DNA from: a virus | Taxonomy: Duplodnaviria; Caudoviricetes | Direction: 5' to 3' (one strand) | IMG/VR virus record: IMGVR_UViG_3300034374_007566 | Coordinates: 1-59,914 of that record | Length of the DNA: 59,914 bases | In this document: positions 52,900-59,914 of the stretch, one piece after another | Layout of the letters: every line of letters starts with the position of its first letter | Numbering within the stretch: position 1 is the stretch's first letter | Notes under the pieces: model-generated | Told to the model about the DNA's origin: nothing | What the model saw: only the letters and a program-made list of their open reading frames with translations | The model's database searches: none | Made by a program: the position numbers and the translations under genes

Positions 52900-55355
52900 C
52901 AGCCGGCCACTCCGCTTACGGTGACTCCGTGAATGACGACGGGCGTCGGCCCCTGGGTGCCGGCCATCGCAACGGCGACGTGCCGGTCACCACCAGAAGA
53001 ACGGGGGTCCATCCTCCCGGCGTAATGCGCCTCGGCGTAACCCACCGCACTGCCAAGGCCGCTGCGGCTAGAGTCCATGTCCAGGACGGCTTCGGTCGAA
53101 CCAGTGGCTGTCGTAAACCCAGACCCCCTGTCGCTGGCCACAGCGTTCTGCCTGGGGGATGTGCTGCCGTTGTAGTGAAGCCGGAGCTTTAGGTCGCATG
53201 CCCCCGTCGTTGGGGTGTACAGGACGCCTACGGCACGGTTTGGCTCGGCCGTCAGGGGCAGGTTGCCAGAGCGATACTGCCAGGAGATAGCGGAGCCGCC
53301 ATCACCGACTCCTGGCTCTAGCGTCTTGGGTGTACCGCCGGCCATGTAGACCACCGTGCGGCGAGACCCGACCGTGGCGTGAGTAGTCTCGGTAATCGCC
53401 TCCGGGTACTCCTCCTCCCACCAGGCCTGCGTGCCGACGCAGTAGCACAGGGCGCGGACGGGCGTAGAGTCGGTGCTGCGGCAATAGAAAAACCGGACGA
53501 CGCGGTCAGCCAGGTTGGCGGAGACATGGAACTTGGCGGACTGCGAGAAGTCAATAATCCCGTCCCGCCAGTAGTTGTCCACGGCCGCTGACAGTGGAGA
53601 CTCTGAGCTGCCGTCGAAGGCGTACATCCCAAAGCTGTCAACGATGAAGGCTACCCCGCCCATGGTGGCCCAGCACTTCCGGGTGAGGATTCCGCGGAAC
53701 ACAGCAAGGTTGATGGACGCATCAATGACGGGCTGGGCGACGTACCTCAGGGAGTAGAGATGCTCAGTCTGCACCACCAGAAGCTGCGATGCCAGCGGAA
53801 TGAGTGCGACAATGCTGTCCTGGACGCCGGCATTTTCCTGGATGATCAGTTCGTTTTCGGCAGGCACGCTTTCAGGTTCGTTGACCTCCGAGAACAGCAG
53901 GCTGTTGGGCTTGGCTCCGGTACTGTCTGCGGCGAACCAGGCCCGGTCCTGAAAGATGACGCCCACGGAGTATTCGGAGGGAAGCACGCCAAACCTGCGG
54001 GCATTAAGCTGCCCGTTAGGGAGGGTGATCGGCATCAGTGCGTAGCCGTCCCGGTCGGGGTCGGTCAGTTGCTCGTCTGACAGAGACTCTGTGTAGGTAG
54101 TAGTTCCGACAGCAATCCTTGCCACCCGGTACAGGACCACGCCCTGGTCGGCCGTTGTTCGCCACAACTCTGTATGCGTTACCCGTGCGTCTGCGGGGGC
54201 GTCCCATTGCCAGGCGAACGCCGTCACGCCTTCGGTAGCGTCGATTTCCACTAGCTCCGATATGTTCGACGGGGCATCCGGGTCGGTGGTGTCGTCCACA
54301 TAGCGATGGCAGCAGAGGTACTGCCCGCGGGCCGGGTAATCCACCTCGGCAACGGCCGCAGCGGCAGTGTCGGCCACAATCGCCTCGGGCTCAGAGACAT
54401 ACAGGCCGCCACTTAGGACGGTGACGGCGTCCACGGTGCCGCCCGTGACTGACGCAGTGGCAACGGCACCACCGCCCTCATCTGCCCGGAACGTAATGAG
54501 CGGTGGCGTGGCATGGTCGGAGCCGCCATCAGTCACGGTGACTGATGCCACGGAATACAGGTGACTGACTTCCAGTTGTGCCCCAGCCCCGCCGCCGCCA
54601 GTGATCGCTGCGGTGATTTCCGTGAGGGCCGACTGCCCGGCATAGAGGATTGACACACCGGAAATCTCGCCCCGCTCGTTGACCGATGGGACGGCATAGG
54701 CGCTAGTTGCATTAGTGATGACAACGGAAGGAGAGGTGGTGGCGTTCTGGGTGTAGCCAGCGCCGCCCGCAGCGACATTGATCTCTGAAAGAAAGTAGTT
54801 CAGATTTGTTTGAAGGGTGGGCATAGAAGGGAACCCGCCGGAGATGGTGACTTCGGGAGTGCCTGTGTACCCTTCGCCACGGGTGATCAGGCGAATCCCA
54901 GAAATACGGCCATCCCGCAGCTCCGCTTTCGCTGTGGCATCGACCGTGGCCCCGCCGCCGGACACGGCCACGGAGGGCGGGCTGTAGTAGCCAGCCCCCT
55001 CATTGACCATGTAGATGCTTTTCACAACGCGGTTGGTGCCGGTTGTTTGCTTCGCAACCGTAGCAGCCGCTGCCGGGGCCTGAACACCGATGGGAACTGT
55101 GGTGGTGTCGGTGATCCGAATCCCCCGCGTGAGGCCGTTAATGCCATACGTCGCGCCGTCACGGCCGTTGAAGAAGCTGTAGCTTGTGCTTCCCAGCGTC
55201 ACAGATGTGTAGGACGAAGTAGTAAGGCCCGGCCGAACAGACAACTGGCCGGGGACTAAGGCTTGGATATTGACCTGCGTTACCGCCGCTGCCGGTGCGA
55301 CTGAGTAGGGCGACACATTTGTGGCCAAGCCTTTGAACTGCGTGATCTGGATCAT
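52899..55355 (-). CDS. Tail nozzle/stabilisation protein (tubular B/gp10-like) with G-x-GY repeat insert
   Basis: 818 aa; FQDRAWF..FSE..EPES beta-propeller-type motifs; repeated GxGYT..P.V.I.GG. Confidence 0.75.
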   Translation of the reverse strand: MIQITQFKGLATNVSPYSVAPAAAVTQVNIQALVPGQLSVRPGLTTSSYTSVTLGSTSYSFFNGRDGATYGINGLTRGIRITDTTTVPIGVQAPAAAATVAKQTTGTNRVVKSIYMVNEGAGYYSPPSVAVSGGGATVDATAKAELRDGRISGIRLITRGEGYTGTPEVTISGGFPSMPTLQTNLNYFLSEINVAAGGAGYTQNATTSPSVVITNATSAYAVPSVNERGEISGVSILYAGQSALTEITAAITGGGGAGAQLEVSHLYSVASVTVTDGGSDHATPPLITFRADEGGGAVATASVTGGTVDAVTVLSGGLYVSEPEAIVADTAAAAVAEVDYPARGQYLCCHRYVDDTTDPDAPSNISELVEIDATEGVTAFAWQWDAPADARVTHTELWRTTADQGVVLYRVARIAVGTTTYTESLSDEQLTDPDRDGYALMPITLPNGQLNARRFGVLPSEYSVGVIFQDRAWFAADSTGAKPNSLLFSEVNEPESVPAENELIIQENAGVQDSIVALIPLASQLLVVQTEHLYSLRYVAQPVIDASINLAVFRGILTRKCWATMGGVAFIVDSFGMYAFDGSSESPLSAAVDNYWRDGIIDFSQSAKFHVSANLADRVVRFFYCRSTDSTPVRALCYCVGTQAWWEEEYPEAITETTHATVGSRRTVVYMAGGTPKTLEPGVGDGGSAISWQYRSGNLPLTAEPNRAVGVLYTPTTGACDLKLRLHYNGSTSPRQNAVASDRGSGFTTATGSTEAVLDMDSSRSGLGSAVGYAEAHYAGRMDPRSSGGDRHVAVAMAGTQGPTPVVIHGVTVSGVAG

Positions 55356-56485
55356 CCCTGGTCCGCCTCCAGCGGGCTCGTCCAGCCGCCGTCATGCCAG
55401 ACCTCGCTGGACCGACCAGAGATCGGAGCAAGCTGATCCCGCTCCATGGCCAGCCGCAGGTCTCTTTGGTAAAGGCCAAGGCGATCTTCGATGTCGGTGT
55501 TGCGAATCCGCGCCAGCCAATACTGCGAAGCACTGTCCATGACCTGGTGCATGTGCGGAGCCACGTCGATTGGGTCAGTGATCAGGTACTTGGTAGACGA
55601 GGCGATAGTCCCTGAGTCTGCTGCGGTCAGGCTTGTCGCTGAGCCGACTGCGGTAACCTTTGTTTCTGACTCCCATGGCGTGAGGGATTCCAGCGATCCG
55701 GGCACATTTGACGTGTCGCCCACCCGCAGGACAGAGCCAACCATAGAGTCGGCAAACGACGTGCTGTCTCCCGTGACTGTGGCCCCCGTCCTGGAAATCG
55801 TCCCCGCCCTGGCTGCCGTCTCATGGCCGCTCCAGCGGATTTGCCGGGCTGTCCGGCGGTAGGTGAAGTCGATGGTCTGGACGTTGGTCGGGTAGCCGAT
55901 CAGTTTCAGGGCCCACCCAGTGCTGGCAGGGTCTTTGATGACAGTCCAGTGGAGAGGTTCACCAGAGCTGTTGCTGACCCGCTCCATCTTCATAGCCTGG
56001 TCCGGGGTGACGTATAGCCCGGACCACCAGTTCAGCTCATCTGACGGCTCGTCTAGGTTCCGGAAGTCCGCCGGCAGCGGGTAGACGGTCTTGTAGAAAG
56101 TCGCAGAGTCGCCGGACGACACTGAGCCGGCCGGGAATGTCACGGAGCTGCTGAGAGTCCAGAAAGTGTTTCCTCCAGCGGAAGAAACGATCTCAGCGAT
56201 CCGGTCCCCAATCCTGACGTGGCTATAGTCCCCGGATGGGAGACCGGCTGCGGTTTCCAGGAGGTTCTGGGACAGGTCGGTTCCGCCTGCCAGGGTGGCT
56301 GTGGCCGGGGCAAGCGTGATGACCCGCCCGTGGACGCTGTAGTACTGCCAATCCCTGGCAGTTGTGACCTCGTCATAGGCCCTGTGAACGGCCGTGCGGA
56401 TGTCCCGCTGCTCGGCGTCCTGAGGGCCGCCGTAGGAAGCGATGATAAGCGATTCGACTAGGTCGAAGTAGGTGAGGTAGGGCAT
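55352..56485 (-). CDS. Head-tail adaptor (tail tubular A-like)
   Basis: TYFDL..AVHRAY..W..YPLPADF; AGGAGG RBS before ATG 56485. Confidence 0.75.
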   Translation of the reverse strand: MPYLTYFDLVESLIIASYGGPQDAEQRDIRTAVHRAYDEVTTARDWQYYSVHGRVITLAPATATLAGGTDLSQNLLETAAGLPSGDYSHVRIGDRIAEIVSSAGGNTFWTLSSSVTFPAGSVSSGDSATFYKTVYPLPADFRNLDEPSDELNWWSGLYVTPDQAMKMERVSNSSGEPLHWTVIKDPASTGWALKLIGYPTNVQTIDFTYRRTARQIRWSGHETAARAGTISRTGATVTGDSTSFADSMVGSVLRVGDTSNVPGSLESLTPWESETKVTAVGSATSLTAADSGTIASSTKYLITDPIDVAPHMHQVMDSASQYWLARIRNTDIEDRLGLYQRDLRLAMERDQLAPISGRSSEVWHDGGWTSPLEADQG

Positions 56486-56525
56486 ACCTCCTATTGCCCG
56501 CCGGGAGGCACCCCGGCAACGGGAA

Positions 56526-57167
56526 TCACCACACCGCCTCTGTTGGCGCAACGCCCAACTCTGCCGTTACCCGGCTGATCTCCCGCCAGTAGTGGTGTAC
56601 TGCCGGGCCGTAGCCTGAATAGAGGTGGCACCCGATCAGCACCGGCTCGGGCATGGGCAGCCAGACGGGCTGCCCGCTGTCACCGCTCGCCCAGATGCCG
56701 GGGGCCGCGTAGTTCTCGCCCAGCACCCGCAACGTCGCCTCTTGCACGGTGCCGTCGGCCCGTGTGCCCAGGCAGCGTATCGGCCGCCGGAGATGCTTCC
56801 CCTGGCGATCTGTCCGCAGGCTGACCGCCCAATCCCACGGCAGCAGTCTCGCCGGCTCGCATTCGGCCTCGGCGTCCAGCGTGGCAATGGCGATGTCGGT
56901 GCTGGCGACCTGGGCCACGCTCACCACCGTGCGCTGCCCCCATTCGTAGGTCACCACGTCGCCCGGCGTCAGCCGATAGTGCCAAGCGTGGACAGCGTGC
57001 CACGGCGTGACGAGGCAGCCGCCACGCGGGCCAATTGCCACGCACGGTGGCCGCTCTAGCGGTGCCGCCTCGCAGAGCGTGTAGGGCGACTCTTCCAACG
57101 CCTCCACGCGGTCGCGGAGGTCGCGGATGGCTTCGATTATCGCTCGCCGCAAGGCACCGCCGGCCAT
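56526..57167 (-). CDS. Trypsin-like serine protease with N-terminal coiled coil
   Basis: HAWH (His), TDIAI (Asp), GDSGQP (Ser). Confidence 0.75.
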   Translation of the reverse strand: MAGGALRRAIIEAIRDLRDRVEALEESPYTLCEAAPLERPPCVAIGPRGGCLVTPWHAVHAWHYRLTPGDVVTYEWGQRTVVSVAQVASTDIAIATLDAEAECEPARLLPWDWAVSLRTDRQGKHLRRPIRCLGTRADGTVQEATLRVLGENYAAPGIWASGDSGQPVWLPMPEPVLIGCHLYSGYGPAVHHYWREISRVTAELGVAPTEAVW

Positions 57168-57376
57168 CACGCCTCCAGTAGTTCCGCCGGTAGCATCGCC
57201 CTAATCTCCTCGGCCAGCCTGCGGGTCTCGTCGCTGGGTTCACCGTGCTTCAGCAGCGAGCGGCAGTGCTGGTCGATCTCCCACAGTGCAGACAGCGCGG
57301 CCTGTCCCAGGCGGGCGGCGTCGAAATCGCCTTGCTCCTCGGGGAGGCGGAATCGGAATGTCGCTATGGGACACAT
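57167..57376 (-). CDS. Conserved phage hypothetical (F.LPEE...F..A..G)
   Basis: 69 aa, coupled to the protease gene. Confidence 0.7.
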   Translation of the reverse strand: MCPIATFRFRLPEEQGDFDAARLGQAALSALWEIDQHCRSLLKHGEPSDETRRLAEEIRAMLPAELLEA

Positions 57377-57419
57377 ATCATTTTTGATGTGTTGTGCAAA
57401 CGTATTAGTAGCCGGGTAC

Positions 57420-57450
57420 ACAGAACCTGTCACTTTTCTACAGGTTCTGT
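57420..57450. terminator. Hairpin, possible terminator or operator
   Basis: ACAGAACCTGT/ACAGGTTCTGT perfect 11-bp inverted repeat in an AT-rich gap. Confidence 0.5.
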
Positions 57451-57457
57451 TGACTCT

Positions 57458-57655
57458 TTATGTACGGTCAGTCGGCGGCTCTGGGAGCGGCATCCAGTGG
57501 GCAATCTTTTTGCCGGGATTGTGGTCGGCATCTCGCCATTGCCCCCACAAGTCCAGATAGGCGATGTGCAGGCCGTTGCTCTGGCTCCACACCAGCACTC
57601 GCTGCTCCTCTGCCGGCAGTCGGTCTGTGACGCTGATCCATTCCATGCCCGCCAT
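57458..57655 (-). CDS. DUF551-family protein
   Basis: MEWISVTDRLP...IAHWMPLPEPP. Confidence 0.85.
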   Translation of the reverse strand: MAGMEWISVTDRLPAEEQRVLVWSQSNGLHIAYLDLWGQWRDADHNPGKKIAHWMPLPEPPTDRT

Positions 57656-57714
57656 CCTACCGACCTGGGCCGGCGAGTCTACGCCTGTTCTGGCTGGACA
57701 TTGTGCGTCTACGG

Positions 57715-58020
57715 TCACTCGGCAGGCAGCAGGGCCACCGCATCAGCCAGCGGCACTACTTCTACCGCAGGCAGCAGGATCGACTTATCAGCCGCCTCCC
57801 ACATTTCATGCAGATACCCGCCGGGCACTGTCGCCGTCAAAATGTCGGCTGTCAGCATAAGCCGCCCATCGGTCAGGAGGCGTGGCGTTGCCCGGCAGTC
57901 TGGCTGTCCATGCTGTGCGTGAAGTTCAACCAGTCGCTGGGCAAGTTGGGCCGTAAACAGCAGCGCGTGCTGTTTGCCCCACGCATACGTCACCGGCATT
58001 TCAATGTCGGCCAATGTCAT
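57715..58020 (-). CDS. Small partner protein of lectin-like tail protein (copy 2)
   Basis: Paralog of 92..409. Confidence 0.8.
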   Translation of the reverse strand: MTLADIEMPVTYAWGKQHALLFTAQLAQRLVELHAQHGQPDCRATPRLLTDGRLMLTADILTATVPGGYLHEMWEAADKSILLPAVEVVPLADAVALLPAE

Positions 58021-59642
58021 GGAGTCCTCCCCAGCGATGATTGAAACGCCGTCATAGCCGCAGCAAACGCCGTGTGCTGGGCCGCACTCATCGACGCGCC
58101 AATGGTGTAGCCGGCGATAGTTTCGTCGTAGTAGCCGGTTCCAATGGGCGAGCCGTCTAGGTTTTGATTGAAAACGTAGATGTTTAGTCCTGGCATCGGG
58201 TCGCCCGTAGCGTCAGATGCGTGAGTCGCGGCACTTGTGCCGTCATCGTAGGTCGTCAGCGAAGTTTCGGCGTCCCTGTCTACAACCAGCAACCCGCCGG
58301 ATGTCGTTGCTATTTGCGCGACAGCACCAACACCCCGAACTTCTGGCGTGAAGTCTCCGCTATTGTTGGAGCGAAACCCCAAAATGCCGTCGGGATCAGA
58401 AATCACCGAATACGCACCGATTGGCCTGTCACTGGCTGGCGGCGCGTTTGTGTTTGGCTTGTAAAAGCCGATATGCGCCATGTCTGGCAGTATGTCTGCA
58501 CTAAATCCAGTGTCTAGATATTTGCTGGTCGCGTTGCCCGTCAGCCCAACGCTCTCGCTGTAGTCTCCCTGAACGAAGTTGTTGTTGGTGTCCAAGGCGT
58601 TGCCGTACTGCGTGCCGCCAAGGCTCGTTCCTCGGTAGAGCGGCACCCTGACGGCGACCAACGAGGCATCGGAGTCGCCACAGAAAAGGTTGAGCCGGTA
58701 GAAGCGGTCGCGGATGGATGCCGCGTCGATGGCGTTGCAGAAGGTGTTGACCGCCGCCAGCGTCCCCACGCTCACGCTGCCAGAGTTGCTGTAGACCGCC
58801 GACTCCCACGCCAAGGCATCGCCGTTGTCTGGGCGGGCCTGCGAGCCGAATCCGGGGAACGAGTAGGCGTAGGGGTGATTGCTGGGCAGTTGGGCCTGGA
58901 GTCCCCACTTCCAGGCGAGGTAGCCTTCGATCTTCTGGTATTCCTCTAGTGTCAGCGCCCTATCCCAGGACAAGACCTCGCAAAGCGTCATCTGGGAGCG
59001 GTATTGAACGGAGATCGCGCCAGACTGAAACCGGCCGCCCAGCAGAACCCCGGCAGCCGTGCCTTCCGATGCGCTTGCGCTTGTTCCCCTGGTCACGCCG
59101 TTGGTGCGAAGCGTCTGCCTGTCGCCAGCAGCGATCTGTCGTCGGATCGTAATGACCGAGAGGGGCAGCGTTCCGGCTCCCGAGTAATCGACAGTGTAGT
59201 TTTCCGATTGCAGGCGAAGGAACGCCGTATTGTCGCGGGTCTCTATCAGCCAAGCATTCGCATTGCCGTTGTCGTTGCCAGACGGCGGATAATAAGAGAA
59301 AACACCTGAAAAGCCGGCTGCGGCGTCCTCCCTGACAACAGTTATCACAGTGTTGTCGCCCAGCGTCACACTTGTGGCGGCAGACAGCACATCACCGCCG
59401 TCGAACGCCAGGGCGTTTTTGCCGTTGACGTAGGCCGCTTGGTAGGTCGGCTGGGCGGCGGCCGTGCCTTGCGTTAGTGCCACGCCCGCCCCACTCTTGT
59501 CACGCCACTCGCTGACGGTGGTGCTGTTCAGCGTGATGGTAGAGGAGTCGGAAGCGTCCCACCAGCCAGAGAGCCCCGCGATGCTCTTGGGATTGAACCC
59601 AGAAGCCAGCGGGCGGAGCAGCCTGGGATTCATGGCACACAT
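58017..59642 (-). CDS. LamG/concanavalin-A-like two-domain virion protein, copy 2
   Basis: WWDASD..VSEWRDKSG..FDG.D..EGYLAWKWGL; paralog of 406..2025. Confidence 0.75.
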   Translation of the reverse strand: MCAMNPRLLRPLASGFNPKSIAGLSGWWDASDSSTITLNSTTVSEWRDKSGAGVALTQGTAAAQPTYQAAYVNGKNALAFDGGDVLSAATSVTLGDNTVITVVREDAAAGFSGVFSYYPPSGNDNGNANAWLIETRDNTAFLRLQSENYTVDYSGAGTLPLSVITIRRQIAAGDRQTLRTNGVTRGTSASASEGTAAGVLLGGRFQSGAISVQYRSQMTLCEVLSWDRALTLEEYQKIEGYLAWKWGLQAQLPSNHPYAYSFPGFGSQARPDNGDALAWESAVYSNSGSVSVGTLAAVNTFCNAIDAASIRDRFYRLNLFCGDSDASLVAVRVPLYRGTSLGGTQYGNALDTNNNFVQGDYSESVGLTGNATSKYLDTGFSADILPDMAHIGFYKPNTNAPPASDRPIGAYSVISDPDGILGFRSNNSGDFTPEVRGVGAVAQIATTSGGLLVVDRDAETSLTTYDDGTSAATHASDATGDPMPGLNIYVFNQNLDGSPIGTGYYDETIAGYTIGASMSAAQHTAFAAAMTAFQSSLGRTP

Positions 59643-59677
59643 GGGAATGACTCTATAGTGGTTGATCTAGGGAAGGG

Positions 59678-59914
59678 TCAGGTCACGGTCACAGGGTCGG
59701 ACTTCGGCCCCTCGCCAACGGCGCTGACCGCCGAGACTTCGGCCACTGCGCCGGTGTAGTCCTGGGATTGGAAGTTTGCCGATGAGGTGATGGAGGTTGG
59801 CTCCGTCAGCACGCCGTCGAAATAAAACTTGTAGCCGGTGATCGCTGACCCGCCGTTGTCGGATGATGCCGTGTAGATGATTGCCGTGTTGCCGGCCCCG
59901 AACGATGAGTAGGT
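59678..59914 (-). CDS. 3' part of fibronectin type III domain protein (enters from right edge)
   Basis: ...SDNGGSAITGYKFYFDG...VSAVSAVGEGPKSDPVTVT*. Confidence 0.8.
   Translation of the reverse strand, partial: TYSSFGAGNTAIIYTASSDNGGSAITGYKFYFDGVLTEPTSITSSANFQSQDYTGAVAEVSAVSAVGEGPKSDPVTVT

Larger units (their letters stand above)
1..59914. mobile_element. Tailed temperate bacteriophage genome, near-complete, podovirus-like
   Basis: Terminase, portal, capsid, scaffold, tail adaptor/nozzle-like and internal virion genes, integrase; no tape-measure or tail-tube gene recognised; no host housekeeping genes. Confidence 0.95.

Noticed and set aside
58017-59642. Invertible tail-fibre shufflon driven by the serine recombinase
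   Set aside because: The two cassettes are in direct orientation and far from the recombinase; no inverted crossover sites seen

Overview
The window is almost certainly a near-complete (~60 kb, GC-rich) genome of a tailed, podovirus-like temperate bacteriophage; one fibronectin-III gene appears split across the two ends. The host is probably a Planctomycetota-like bacterium (inference from protein motifs only). Layout: (i) a long minus-strand late region (43.5-59.9 kb wrapping to 1-20.3 kb) with internal virion proteins, tail adaptor/nozzle proteins, two paralogous lectin-like tail cassettes, portal, terminase subunits, a glycosyltransferase-methyltransferase fusion, major capsid protein and scaffold; (ii) a short leftward early operon (20.9-22.4 kb) and a divergent plus-strand early region of many small genes ending in a serine recombinase (22.7-32.3 kb); (iii) a minus-strand middle operon (31.9-42.6 kb) with RecE-like exonuclease, ERF, SSB, SF2 helicase, HNH, Holliday-junction resolvase, a papain-like peptidase/membrane-protein cassette and a sigma-70-family factor; (iv) a tyrosine integrase next to a tRNA 5'-end fragment. 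The most unusual observations are a 9-residue motif (xxEDxIRRL-like) shared by about nine unrelated late proteins, a block of stand-alone effector-like genes (two ADP-ribosyltransferase-like, one DNA-glycosylase-like, one zincin-like) mostly behind a GGRCAMT motif 7 nt before ATG, an early gene-cassette array with a 29-bp boundary repeat, TGTAC-N4-GTACA operators without a recognisable CI, a ~275-nt structured non-coding element, and a tRNA-like cloverleaf at the putative attP. All family calls are by motif recognition; no database searches were run.
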